Source: a virus
Length of the DNA stretch: 39,552 nucleotides
Direction: 5' to 3' (one strand)
Virus genome (UHGV): UHGV-0150234
Part shown: piece after piece, positions 16,858 through 29,566 of the stretch
How the letters are laid out: every line of letters begins with the position of its first letter
How positions within the stretch are numbered: position 1 is the stretch's first letter
The notes under the pieces: generated by a model
Databases searched by the model: none
Told to the model about the DNA's origin: nothing
What the model saw: the letters and a program-made list of their open reading frames with translations, nothing else
Made by a program: the position numbers and the translations under genes

Positions 16858-17079
16858 ATGAATTATCAAGGTAACGAAAAAATGCGCGACGACGTTGCGG
16901 AGATAGCTAACGAACTGTATGAGTTGTGGCAGAAGGTTGAACGTTTCGAAAAGGAATATGGTTTCAACAGTACCAACCTAGCAGACCGACTGGCTGGTCG
17001 CTTAGTTGGGACTATGGGGTCAAAACTGGCTGAGTTGAACCGCTTTATGGCTGATGTTGATTTCCAGTTTCAAGATTGA
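16858..17079 (+). CDS. Hypothetical protein, 73 aa
   Basis: ATG at 16858 preceded by GGAGG (track ORF starts 18 nt earlier at 16840). Confidence 0.5.
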   Translation: MNYQGNEKMRDDVAEIANELYELWQKVERFEKEYGFNSTNLADRLAGRLVGTMGSKLAELNRFMADVDFQFQD

Positions 17080-17092
17080 TTAGAGAGGCGTT

Positions 17093-17320
17093 ATGAATAT
17101 TAATGAAATTCGTGGAAATATGACTGAAGCGGCCCTGAGTGTGGAATGTGTTATGCGTGGATACCCACGCATTTCCCTGAAAGAGTTAAGCGAAGCCTGT
17201 TTTTTGAGTCAAGTTGCCGTTGAATTTATCATCGAACAGATGATCTGTTTTGGGGTTGCAAAGCGTAGTGGATCTGGTCGATATTCTTTGACCGATGAAT
17301 ATAAGCAGGCAACTTTCTAA
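17093..17320 (+). CDS. Hypothetical protein, 75 aa
   Basis: ORF with GAGAGG upstream. No family recognised. Confidence 0.5.
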   Translation: MNINEIRGNMTEAALSVECVMRGYPRISLKELSEACFLSQVAVEFIIEQMICFGVAKRSGSGRYSLTDEYKQATF

Positions 17321-17325
17321 AAACT

Positions 17326-17343
17326 GTGCGACCACGGTCGCAC
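17326..17343. other. sopC-like centromere-type palindrome GTGCGACCACGGTCGCAC (copy 2 of 5, centre inverted)
   Basis: Same arms as the other copies but centre CACG instead of CGTG (opposite orientation); core GCGACCACGGTCGC. Confidence 0.6.
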
Positions 17344-17429
17344 AGCACAAAAACGAAAAAGCTTGGCAAAATGACGGTTTTTAGTTATTGTTTTATTAAG
17401 TTGGGTTTTTTGTACCCAACAGCCAACAA

Positions 17430-17452
17430 GCCGCCTTTATGGCGGTTTTTTT
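17430..17452 (+). terminator. Intrinsic terminator (GCCGCC-tttat-GGCGGT followed by T7)
   Basis: GC-rich hairpin followed by TTTTTTT in the non-coding region before the methyltransferase gene. Confidence 0.55.
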
Positions 17453-17587
17453 GTGCCTGAAAAGTGGGCGCAGGACAAGTTGCAGCTTGTCCTGCGGTCA
17501 ACCCATGCCAGAGCTATAGGCTGAACCTAAAGCCCACCCGCGATGCGCATCGCCGGGTTAGCTTACCCAGGCAAAAAAATAATAGCT

Positions 17588-18664
17588 ATGTTCAAAACCA
17601 CTAATATTCATGGCGCACAACTCGTTTGCGCAGATTCTCTGCAATTTATCAAAACCATCCCTGATAACTCGGTCAATTTGATTGCAACAGACCCACCATA
17701 CTTCGGCGTAAAGGCTAACGCATGGGATAACCAGTGGGATAGCGATGCTGACTTTTTGGGGTGGATTGACGAATTTTTGGCAGAATTTTGGCGGATATTG
17801 GCCCCTAATGGCAGCCTGTATATGTTTACCGGCTCTCGCCTTGCGTCAAAAATTGAATTATTAACTCGCGACCGTTTCAATGTTCTGAACCATATCATTT
17901 GGGCTAAACCCAGTGGTATGTGGCGCGGTTGTCATAAAGAAAGTTTAAGGGCTTATTTTCCTGCTACTGAAAGAATATTATTTGCAGAGCATTACGGCGC
18001 GTCAGGTTATGCTAAAGGTCAGTCAGGTTATGCTTCAAAATGTGCAGATTTAAGAAAAAATATTTTTTCTCCACTAATTGATGCTTTTTCGCTGGCTCGC
18101 CGTCAGTTAGATATATCAGCCGCAGACATTAATTCAGCGACAGGAAAGCAGATGTGTTCGCACTGGTTTTCTTATTCGCAGTGGCGGCTTCCATCATTAA
18201 TTGATTTTAATAAACTATGCGAATTATTTCGCAGGAAGGCAGATTCACTCGGTGTCCCGTGTCCATATCCTTTTAATGTTGATTATTCAGAACATGAAAA
18301 GCGTTATAGCGATCTGAAATTGCATTATGAGGAAGTAAAGAAGCAGTATGATGATTTGAAGGCTCAGTATGAAAATTTGCGCCGCCCATTTCATGTTACT
18401 GCTGATGTACCTTATACCGATGTATGGGAGTTTCCTCCTGTGCAATATTATCCTGGCAAGCACCCATGTGAAAAACCTGCAGCGATGATGGAACATATTA
18501 TAAAAAGTAGTTCACGCCCCGGAGATATCGTTGCCGATTTCTTTATGGGATCAGGCTCTACTATTAAAGCCGCGCTGAAGTTAGGTCGTCAGGCAATCGG
18601 TATTGAGATTGAGGGTGAACGTTATCTTCAGACAGTTGATGAAGTGAAAAAGTTATTTGAGTAA
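17588..18664 (+). CDS. Orphan DNA methyltransferase (amino-MTase, beta class: DPPY motif before FxGxG), about 358 aa
   Basis: LIATDPPYFG (motif IV) near the N-terminus and ADFFMGSGST (motif I) near the C-terminus; no adjacent restriction endonuclease gene recognised. Confidence 0.85.
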   Translation: MFKTTNIHGAQLVCADSLQFIKTIPDNSVNLIATDPPYFGVKANAWDNQWDSDADFLGWIDEFLAEFWRILAPNGSLYMFTGSRLASKIELLTRDRFNVLNHIIWAKPSGMWRGCHKESLRAYFPATERILFAEHYGASGYAKGQSGYASKCADLRKNIFSPLIDAFSLARRQLDISAADINSATGKQMCSHWFSYSQWRLPSLIDFNKLCELFRRKADSLGVPCPYPFNVDYSEHEKRYSDLKLHYEEVKKQYDDLKAQYENLRRPFHVTADVPYTDVWEFPPVQYYPGKHPCEKPAAMMEHIIKSSSRPGDIVADFFMGSGSTIKAALKLGRQAIGIEIEGERYLQTVDEVKKLFE

Positions 18665-18760
18665 CTGAAGAATATATTCCCCTGCCGTTTTTGATGGGGG
18701 TTATTTCTCGCCGTATAGTTTCCAAGCCGAAACCTCAGCAACTATTGCGAGGTAAGAGAT

Positions 18761-19033
18761 ATGAAGATGGATGAACGATACAGCAGCGCACCTTATGGTA
18801 GTGCTGGTCTTACTGCGTTCTTTGCCAGCCTGTCATTGCAGGATTGGGGCTTCATTATCGGTGTCGCGTTCAGCATTATCCTCGGTGTACTTACATACCG
18901 GCTCAATAAACGCGAGCAGATGAAGCGCACGAAGATATTGCAGGACATATTGGATAAAACTGATGCCAATAATATTTCCGCCACGGCGATGGTTATTGGT
19001 GAATTGGGAAAGAGAGCACCGAAGGAAATATGA
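18761..19033 (+). CDS. Holin, phage-21 S21 pinholin-like, 90 aa
   Basis: Two hydrophobic segments and resemblance to S21 as recalled; directly upstream of a SAR endolysin with ATGA overlap. Confidence 0.8.
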   Translation: MKMDERYSSAPYGSAGLTAFFASLSLQDWGFIIGVAFSIILGVLTYRLNKREQMKRTKILQDILDKTDANNISATAMVIGELGKRAPKEI

Positions 19034-19527
19034 TGCAGTCATCATTACGCAAAGCTGTCGCAACTGCTATTGGTGGCGGGGCTATTGCCATAGCATCTGT
19101 GCTCATCTCTGGTCCGAGCGGCAACGATGGTCTGGAAGGTGTGAAACATAACCCCTACAAAGACATCGTTGGTGTATGGACTGTATGTTACGGGCATACA
19201 GGAAAAGACATTATGCTCGGTAAAACGTATACCGAAGCTGAATGCAAAGCTCTCCTGAATAAAGACCTTGCTACTGTCGCCAGACAAATTAACCCGTACA
19301 TCAAAGTCGATATACCGGAAACAACGCGTGGTGCTCTTTACTCGTTCGTTTACAACGTGGGTGCAGGCAATTTCAGAACATCGACGCTTCTTCGCAAAAT
19401 CAACCAGGGCGATATCAAAGGTGCATGTGATCAACTACGTCGCTGGACATATGCTGGCGGTAAGCAATGGAAAGGGCTGATGACTCGCCGTGAGATTGAG
19501 CGTGAAGTCTGTTTGTGGGGGCAGTAA
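19030..19527 (+). CDS. R: SAR endolysin (phage-21 R21-type lysozyme), 165 aa
   Basis: N-terminal signal-anchor-release segment [23 protein letters not shown] followed by a lysozyme domain; near-identical to R21 as recalled. Confidence 0.92.
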   Translation: MMQSSLRKAVATAIGGGAIAIASVLISGPSGNDGLEGVKHNPYKDIVGVWTVCYGHTGKDIMLGKTYTEAECKALLNKDLATVARQINPYIKVDIPETTRGALYSFVYNVGAGNFRTSTLLRKINQGDIKGACDQLRRWTYAGGKQWKGLMTRREIEREVCLWGQ

Positions 19528-19988
19528 TGAGCAGAGTCACCGCGATTATCTCCACACTGGTTATCTGCATCATCGTCTGCCTGTCGTTGGCTGTTAATCA
19601 TTACCGTGATAACGCCATCTCCTATAAAGAGCAGCGCGACAAAAACGCCAGAGAGTTGAAGCTGGCGAACGCTACCATCAAAGACATGCAGATCCGCCAG
19701 CGTGATGTAGCGGCTCTGGATGCCAAATACACGAAGGACTTAGCTGATGCCAAAAAGCAGCTTGATGATTTGCAGCGTTGTGTTCGCACTGGCAAGTGTG
19801 GGCTGCACCTCAACGCCAGATGTCCCGCGAACGGAACGACCATCACCGGCGGCCTGGGCGATGCTACCGGCCCCCGACTTACTGACTCCGCTGAACGGGA
19901 TTATTTCATCCTCAGAGAGCGAATCGTCACAGTGACGAAACAGGTTGGATATTTGCAGGAGTACATCAGGACGCAATGCCTGAATTAA
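19527..19988 (+). CDS. Rz: Rz i-spanin, 153 aa
   Basis: ATG at 19527 overlapping the endolysin stop; N-terminal transmembrane segment; coiled-coil; contains the embedded Rz1 frame. Confidence 0.8.
   Translation: MSRVTAIISTLVICIIVCLSLAVNHYRDNAISYKEQRDKNARELKLANATIKDMQIRQRDVAALDAKYTKDLADAKKQLDDLQRCVRTGKCGLHLNARCPANGTTITGGLGDATGPRLTDSAERDYFILRERIVTVTKQVGYLQEYIRTQCLN
19747..19935 (+). CDS. Rz1: Rz1 o-spanin (lipoprotein) embedded in the +1 frame of Rz, 62 aa
   Basis: Signal peptide ending in a Cys, then a Pro-rich region with PAAWAM..PLNGIIS resembling lambda Rz1 as recalled. Confidence 0.65.
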   Translation: MPKSSLMICSVVFALASVGCTSTPDVPRTERPSPAAWAMLPAPDLLTPLNGIISSSESESSQ

Positions 19989-20029
19989 TCCATCTGCATC
20001 AAAAACTAACTTAATTTGTTGGATAGTAA

Positions 20030-20341
20030 ATGAAAATTTATATTGCCGGACCAATGACGGGATATGAGAATTTTAATCGTGACGCCTTTAATAAAGAGGC
20101 TGAGCGTTTGTCACGTCATGGTCATTCGGTCCTGAATCCAGCCACTTTACCCAATGGCCTGACGCAACGTGAATACATGGATATTTGCTTTGCAATGCTT
20201 CGTTCTGCTGATGCTATTTTGATGCTTCCTGGCTGGAAAGCGTCTGCTGGAGCAACTGCTGAGTATCATTACGCATACAAGATGGAGATGCCGGTATTCA
20301 CTACGCTGAATTACCCGCCAGCTTGTTCCTCTGTAGCATAA
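20030..20341 (+). CDS. DUF4406-like protein (nucleoside 2-deoxyribosyltransferase-like), 103 aa
   Basis: MKIYIAGPMTG N-terminus typical of this family in lambdoid prophages (recalled). Confidence 0.6.
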   Translation: MKIYIAGPMTGYENFNRDAFNKEAERLSRHGHSVLNPATLPNGLTQREYMDICFAMLRSADAILMLPGWKASAGATAEYHYAYKMEMPVFTTLNYPPACSSVA

Positions 20342-20360
20342 AAATCTCTTTGTTTCTCGT

Positions 20361-20378
20361 GTGCGACCGTGGTCGCAC
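20361..20378. other. sopC-like centromere-type palindrome GTGCGACCGTGGTCGCAC (copy 3 of 5)
   Basis: Exact 18-mer, directly followed by a 70-bp repeat unit. Confidence 0.6.
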
Positions 20379-20388
20379 GCTAAATTCC

Positions 20389-20458
20389 GCGCTGCATCGT
20401 CGCCGTATTCCCGCATTAACTATGACCGTAGCCCGACGGGGAACTCCTTCTGCGCGAG
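20389..20458. repeat. About 70-bp repeat, copy A (GCGCTGCATCGTCGCCGTATTCCCGCATTAAC...CTGCGCGAG)
   Basis: About 90 percent identical to 22174-22242; both copies sit beside sopC-like palindromes and bracket the AT-rich island. Confidence 0.7.
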
Positions 20459-20581
20459 TGTGCGGGAATAATCAAAAACGATGCACACCGGGTTTTTACC
20501 GCGCTATTGATTCGCGGGTTTGTCCCTCATGTTCGCCAGTCCTGTGCGAGGGTGGAAGAAACAGGGCATGTATTCAGGAGC

Positions 20582-20599
20582 GTGCGACCGTGGTCGCAC
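20582..20599. other. sopC-like centromere-type palindrome GTGCGACCGTGGTCGCAC (copy 4 of 5)
   Basis: Exact 18-mer 24 bp upstream of the 20623 start codon. Confidence 0.6.
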
Positions 20600-20622
20600 G
20601 GTATCTTTGTCAGGAGGTTTTG

Positions 20623-21483
20623 ATGAAAGAGTTGCAAAAAATTAATTCAATAATGGAAAGGTTAAGTGCTCTTGAGCGTAAGCTGGACGATTGTGGAAAG
20701 CTGTGTGTTGAAAAGCAAAATGAGCTTTACCGGGAATTTTTTACAATCGTAAGTGAGCTGATGCCAATTGTTAATAACTGCCTGATGACATCCAGATTTT
20801 TTAATGTCGATGCTACTACATCCAGAAAATTTTCTGTGAAAATTCAAGAAAGAGTTTCTGGTAGTGTGACAAGAGAGATGGCTGAACAGTTGGTGGCAAT
20901 GAGCAATAAAACAAAAAGAAAAAAGGCATTGCTTGTAACAGCAAATCAGCTTTCAGGGCGCGTTGACTTTCAGGTCAGACAGGGTGGGCGTGTACTGGTA
21001 AATGATGCGTTCGTTGGACGTAGCTTTAGTCCTTACTCGATGAAATATGATGTTGATGCAGATGATCAGGATATCAGCATTTCCTGGAAATCTGAGACAG
21101 CAGGGATTGTATTAACAGCAGAGTTGTTGAATGATGATAAAAATGATGTCCAGCATCATTTGGACGAAAAGAATCATATTTCTGAAATTTGTATGAAGCC
21201 ACGCAGCGGAATGACTTTATTGTCACGCACTCTTGCTGCTGGCTTTTCTGCACCGGAAAAACGTGTGCTTCTGGTAGTGCCTGAAGATGCAGATATTCGA
21301 CCACTGAATGGCTGTGATGTTATTAGTGCAAAAACATTGCATACCCGCGTCATTCCTGTACCGGATGTGGTCATTATTGATGATGTTGAGAAATGCAAGT
21401 CTGTTTCCTCAACTGCCACAATCAAGCGAATTTTACGTTGTAGCACGTCGGCTGTTGTATTCCGGAAGCAGTTACATAACTAA
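20623..21483 (+). CDS. Hypothetical protein of unknown function, 286 aa (first gene of AT-rich cargo island)
   Basis: ATG at 20623 preceded by CAGGAGG; the track's longer ORF from 20323 would read through the palindromes and repeat, so the N-terminal extension is rejected. Confidence 0.6.
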   Translation: MKELQKINSIMERLSALERKLDDCGKLCVEKQNELYREFFTIVSELMPIVNNCLMTSRFFNVDATTSRKFSVKIQERVSGSVTREMAEQLVAMSNKTKRKKALLVTANQLSGRVDFQVRQGGRVLVNDAFVGRSFSPYSMKYDVDADDQDISISWKSETAGIVLTAELLNDDKNDVQHHLDEKNHISEICMKPRSGMTLLSRTLAAGFSAPEKRVLLVVPEDADIRPLNGCDVISAKTLHTRVIPVPDVVIIDDVEKCKSVSSTATIKRILRCSTSAVVFRKQLHN

Positions 21484-21607
21484 CCAGTTTTGTTTTGCAG
21501 AACATCCTCAACTAAAAGCTTATAGAAAGAGAGCCTGAGATATTTTTTCTGTCTCTCGTAGTTGTTTGTTTTTTTTCGAACAGACTTACAACTTACAGGA
21601 TATAAAC

Positions 21608-22057
21608 ATGCAAGAAGAAGCAAATAAAATTCTTGTTGATTTATTGAAGAAGGCCAGCGATGGAATTGATTCCGCCATTGTATTCAGTCAGGCTCAAATT
21701 CCGGATGTTGTTCATCAGTTGCTGGTATGGAATATGGTTGATAGCCTGATTAAAACATTAATAGCCATTTCAACAATTCCGCTGGTTATTTGGTTTATGA
21801 AGAAACAGTGCAAAAAAGTTGAAATTGGTAAGTTCGATAATGAAGGACGCTCATGCGATAATGGACAGCCTAAATACAAACCGACTATGATTTGGGAAAG
21901 TGACGGTAGGTTAAGTGGTTTTGTCTTACCATTAGTAGCAGTTTTTATTCTATGGTTCAGTTTTATTATTTCTGTAGTAGCCAATATGACATGGTTAAAA
22001 ATTTGGCTGGCACCTAAGTTATATCTAATCGAATACGCAGCATCACTAATTAAATAG
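21608..22057 (+). CDS. Hypothetical membrane protein with two predicted transmembrane segments, about 150 aa (second gene of cargo island)
   Basis: Hydrophobic segments LIKTLIAISTIPLVIWFM and FVLPLVAVFILWFSFIISVV; AT-rich; followed by a hairpin at 22067-22092. Confidence 0.55.
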   Translation: MQEEANKILVDLLKKASDGIDSAIVFSQAQIPDVVHQLLVWNMVDSLIKTLIAISTIPLVIWFMKKQCKKVEIGKFDNEGRSCDNGQPKYKPTMIWESDGRLSGFVLPLVAVFILWFSFIISVVANMTWLKIWLAPKLYLIEYAASLIK

Positions 22058-22173
22058 TCCATTACAAAAGCCATTCGCTACTGAGTGGCTTTGATAATGG
22101 CTTATACCCTGCACGGGATAACTTAACTGATATCCCTTTTAACGGATAAAGGTATTCAAGCCTGACACATCAT

Positions 22174-22242
22174 GCGCTGTATCGTCGCTGTATTCCCGCA
22201 TTAACCATGACCGTAGTCCGACGGGGAACTCCTCTGCGCGAG
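22174..22242. repeat. About 70-bp repeat, copy B
   Basis: Matches 20389-20458 with a few substitutions; followed 25 bp later by a sopC-like palindrome. Confidence 0.7.
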
Positions 22243-22266
22243 CATGCAGGATGTTGATTCATTGCT

Positions 22267-22284
22267 GTGCGACCGTGGTCGCAC
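22267..22284. other. sopC-like centromere-type palindrome GTGCGACCGTGGTCGCAC (copy 5 of 5)
   Basis: Exact 18-mer between the cargo island and cos. Confidence 0.6.
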
Positions 22285-22329
22285 GACGCAGGTCTGTCAG
22301 ACATTGAATTCATTGCGAATAAACTAGAA

Positions 22330-22555
22330 CGCCTGCGGGTCCTTTCCGGCGATCCGGCAGGCTACGGGGCGGAAGGCGCGCGGGTTTTCGCTATTTATGA
22401 AAATTTTCCGGTTTAAGGCGTTTCCGTTCTTCTTCGCCGTAACTTCATGTTTTTATTTAAAACACCCCCTGAAAAGAAAGGAAACGACAGATGCTGAAAA
22501 CGGGCTTTTTGGCCTCTGTCGTTTCCTTTCTCTGTTTTTGTCCGTGGAATGAACA
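22330..22555. other. cos: cos region (candidate cosN at 22367-22378 GGGCGGAAGGCG, lambda-like cosB downstream to the Nu1 start)
   Basis: Sequence from 22379 (CGCGGGTTTTCGCTATTTATGAAAATTTTCCGG...) matches the start of the lambda genome as recalled, but the 12 nt at the cohesive-end position differ from lambda GGGCGGCGACCT. Confidence 0.55.
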
Positions 22556-23075
22556 ATGGAAGTCAACAAAAAGCAGCTGGCTGATATTTTCGGTGCGAGT
22601 ATCCGTACCATTCAGAACTGGCAAGAGCAGGGAATGCCCGTTCTGCGAGGCGGTGGCAAGGGTAATGAGGTGCTTTATGACTCTGCCGCCGTCATAAAAT
22701 GGTATGCCGAAAGGGATGCTGAAATTGAGAACGAAAAGCTGCGCCGGGAGGTTGAAGAACTGCGGCTGGCCAGCGAGGCAGATCTTCACCCAGGAACACT
22801 TGAATTTGAGCGCCATCGCCTGACTCGTGCTCAGGCGACGGCGCAGGAACTGAAAAATGCCAAAGAATCGGCTGAAGTGGTGGAAACCGCATTCTGTACT
22901 TTCGTGCTGTCGCGTATAGCAAGGGAAATATCCAGTATTCTCGACGGTATTCCTCTGTCGGTGCAGCGACGTTTTCCTGAGCTGGATAACCGGCATATTG
23001 ATTTCCTGAAACGGGATATCATCAAAGCCATGAACAAAGCAGCCGCGCTGGATGAACTGATACCGGGGTTGCTGA

Positions 23076-23101
<26 letters not shown>
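22556..23101 (+). CDS. Nu1: Terminase small subunit Nu1, 181 aa
   Basis: Near-identical to lambda Nu1 as recalled (MEVNKKQLADIFGASIRTIQNWQEQGMPV...). Confidence 0.95.
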
Positions 23102-26782
<3,681 letters not shown>

Positions 26783-26802
<20 letters not shown>

Positions 26803-28102
26803 TCTCCCGCATATTGCCAGTATGGCCTTTAATGAGCCGCTGATGCTTGAACCCGCCTATGCGCGGGTTTTCTTTTGTGCGCTTGCAGGCCAGCTTGGGA
26901 TCAGCCGCCTGACGGATGCGGTATCCGGCGACAGCCTGACTGCCGGAGAGGCACCCGCGACGCTGGCGTTATCCGTTGATGATGACGGACCACGACAGGC
27001 CCGCAGTTATCAGGTCATGAACGGCATCGCCGTGCTGCCGGTTTCCGGCACGCTGGTCAGCCGGACACGGGCGCTGCAGCCGTATTCGGGGATGACCGGT
27101 TACAACGGCATTATCGCCCGTCTGCAACAGGCTGCCAGCGACCCGATGGTGGACGGCATTCTGCTCGATATGGACACGCCCGGCGGAATGGTGGCAGGGG
27201 CATTTGACTGCGCTGACATCATCGCCCGTGTGCGTGACATAAAGCCGGTATGGGCGCTGGCCAACGACATGAACTGCAGTGCAGGTCAGTTGCTTGCCAG
27301 CGCCGCCTCCCGGCGTCTGGTCACGCAGACCGCCCGGACAGGCTCCATCGGCGTCATGATGGCTCACAGTAATTACGGTGCTGCGCTGGAGAAACAGGGC
27401 GTGGAAATCACGCTGATTTACAGCGGCAGCCATAAGGTGGATGGCAACCCCTACAGCCATCTACCGGATGATGTCCGGGAAACACTGCAGTCCCGGATGG
27501 ATGCAACCCGCCGGATGTTTGCACAGAAGGTGTCGGCATATACCGGCCTGTCCGTGCAGGCTGTGCTGGATACCGAGGCTGCAGTGTACAGCGGTCAGGA
27601 GGCCATTGATGCCGGACTGGCTGATGAACTTGTTAACAGTACCGATGCGATCACCGTCATGCGTGATGCACTGGATGCACGTAAATCCCGTCTCTCAGGA
27701 GGGCGAATGACCAAAGAGACTCAATCAACAACTGTTTCAGCCACTGCTTCGCAGGCTGACGTTACTGACGTGGTGCCAGCGACGGAGGGCGAAAACGCCA
27801 GCGCGGCGCAACCGGACGTGAACGCGCAGATCACCGCAGCGGTTGCGGCAGAAAACAGTCGCATTATGGGGATCCTCAACTGTGAGGAGGCTCACGGACG
27901 CGAAGAACAGGCCCGCGTGCTGGCAGAAACCCCCGGTATGACCGTGGAAACGGCCCGCCGCATTCTGGCAGCTGCACCACAGAGTGCACAGGCGCGCAGT
28001 GACACTGCGCTGGATCGTCTGATGCAGGGGGCACCGGCACCGCTGGCTGCAGGTAACCCGGCATCTGATGCCGTTAACGATTTGCTGAACACACCAGTGT
28101 AA
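26783..28102 (+). CDS. C: Head protease / minor capsid protein C, 439 aa
   Basis: Lambda gpC-like; GTG start overlapping the end of B by 20 nt as in lambda. Confidence 0.9.
27497..28102 (+). CDS. Nu3: Scaffolding protein Nu3 (in-frame internal start within C), 201 aa
   Basis: Internal ATG in the C frame giving a 606-nt gene, the same length as lambda Nu3. Confidence 0.6.
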   Translation: MDATRRMFAQKVSAYTGLSVQAVLDTEAAVYSGQEAIDAGLADELVNSTDAITVMRDALDARKSRLSGGRMTKETQSTTVSATASQADVTDVVPATEGENASAAQPDVNAQITAAVAAENSRIMGILNCEEAHGREEQARVLAETPGMTVETARRILAAAPQSAQARSDTALDRLMQGAPAPLAAGNPASDAVNDLLNTPV

Positions 28103-28111
28103 GGGATGTTT

Positions 28112-28444
28112 ATGACGAGCAAAGAAACCTTTACCCATTACCAGCCGCTGGGCAACAGTGACCCGGCACATACGGCAACCGCGCCCGGCGGATTGAGTGC
28201 GAAAACGCCTGCAATGACCCCGCTGATGCCGGATACCTCCACCCGTAAGCTGGTTGTGTGGGATGGCACCACCGACGGTGCTGCCGTTGGCATTCTGGCG
28301 GTTGCTGCTGACCAGACCAGCACCACGCTGACGTTCTACAAGTCCGGCACGTTCCGTTATGAGGATGTGCTCTGGCCGGAGGCTGCCAGCGACGAGACGA
28401 AAAAACGGACTGCGTTTGCCGGAACGGCAATCAGCATCGTTTAA
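28112..28444 (+). CDS. D: Head decoration protein D, 110 aa
   Basis: Lambda gpD-like ([12 protein letters not shown]...), same length. Confidence 0.92.
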   Translation: MTSKETFTHYQPLGNSDPAHTATAPGGLSAKTPAMTPLMPDTSTRKLVVWDGTTDGAAVGILAVAADQTSTTLTFYKSGTFRYEDVLWPEAASDETKKRTAFAGTAISIV

Positions 28445-28464
28445 CCTTACCCTTCATCACTAAA

Positions 28465-28486
28465 GGCCGCCTGTGCGGCTTTTTTT
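28465..28486 (+). terminator. Hairpin plus T-run between D and E (terminator or attenuator-like structure within the late operon)
   Basis: GCCGC-ctgt-GCGGC followed by TTTTTTT. Confidence 0.4.
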
Positions 28487-28499
28487 ACGGGATTTTTTT

Positions 28500-29525
28500 A
28501 TGTCGATGTACACAACCGCCCAGCTGCTGGCGGCAAATGAGAAGAAATTTAAGTTTGATCCGCTGTTTCTGCGTCTCTTTTTCCGTGAGAGCTATCCCTT
28601 CACCACGGAGAAAGTCTATCTCTCACAAATTCCGGGACTGGTAAACATGGCGCTGTACGTTTCGCCGATTGTTTCCGGTGAGGTTATCCGCTCCCGTGGC
28701 GGCTCCACCTCCGAATTTACGCCGGGATATGTCAAGCCGAAGCATGAGGTGAATCCGCAGATGACCCTGCGTCGCCTGCCGGATGAAGATCCACAGAATC
28801 TGGCAGACCCGGCTTACCGCCGCCGTCGCATCATCATGCAGAACATGCGAGACGAAGAGCTGGCCATTGCTCAGGTCGAAGAGATGCAGGCCGTTTCTGC
28901 CGTGCTTAAGGGCAAATACACCATGACCGGTGAAGCCTTCGATCCGGTTGAGGTGGATATGGGCCGCAGTGCGGCGAATAACATCACACAGTCCGGCGGC
29001 ACGGAGTGGAGCAAGCGTGACAAGTCCACGTATGACCCGACCGACGATATCGAAGCCTACGCGCTGAACGCCAGCGGCGTGGTGAATATCATCGTGTTTG
29101 ATCCGAAAGGCTGGGCGCTGTTCCGTTCCTTCAAAGCCGTCAAGGAGAAGCTGGATACCCGTCGCGGCTCTAATTCCGAGCTGGAGACAGCGGTAAAAGA
29201 CCTGGGCGAAGCGGTGTCCTATAAGGGGATGTATGGCGATACGGCGATCGTCGTGTATTCCGGACAGTACGTGGAAAACGACGTCAAAAAGAACTTCCTG
29301 CCGGACAACACGATGGTGCTGGGGAACACTCAGGCACGCGGTCTGCGCACCTATGGATGCATTCAGGATGCGGACGCACAGCGCGAAGGTATTAACGCCT
29401 CTGCCCGCTACCCGAAAAACTGGGTGACCACTGGCGATCCGGCGCGTGAGTTCACCATGATTCAGTCAGCACCGCTGATGCTGCTGGCTGACCCTGATGC
29501 GTTCGTGTCCGTACAACTGGCGTAA
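28500..29525 (+). CDS. E: Major capsid protein E, 341 aa
   Basis: Lambda gpE-like (MSMYTTAQLLAANE...), same length. Confidence 0.95.
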   Translation: MSMYTTAQLLAANEKKFKFDPLFLRLFFRESYPFTTEKVYLSQIPGLVNMALYVSPIVSGEVIRSRGGSTSEFTPGYVKPKHEVNPQMTLRRLPDEDPQNLADPAYRRRRIIMQNMRDEELAIAQVEEMQAVSAVLKGKYTMTGEAFDPVEVDMGRSAANNITQSGGTEWSKRDKSTYDPTDDIEAYALNASGVVNIIVFDPKGWALFRSFKAVKEKLDTRRGSNSELETAVKDLGEAVSYKGMYGDTAIVVYSGQYVENDVKKNFLPDNTMVLGNTQARGLRTYGCIQDADAQREGINASARYPKNWVTTGDPAREFTMIQSAPLMLLADPDAFVSVQLA

Positions 29526-29566
29526 TCATGGCCCTTCGGGGCCATTGTTTCTCTGTGGAGGAGTCC

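Noticed and set aside
20323-20622. N-terminal 100 codons of track ORF 20323-21483
   Set aside because: This stretch reads through two sopC-like palindromes and a 70-bp repeat that recurs in non-coding context at 22174-22284; a ribosome-binding site plus ATG at 20623 gives a cleaner start.
20030-22057. Lambda-like rexA/rexB identity for the 286-aa and membrane-protein pair
   Set aside because: Sizes are similar to RexA/RexB but the sequences do not resemble them as I recall, and the membrane protein has two rather than four hydrophobic segments; kept as unknown.
22457-22996. Minus-strand 179-aa ORF spanning cos and Nu1
   Set aside because: Overlaps the conserved cosB region and the Nu1 gene on the opposite strand; no independent support.
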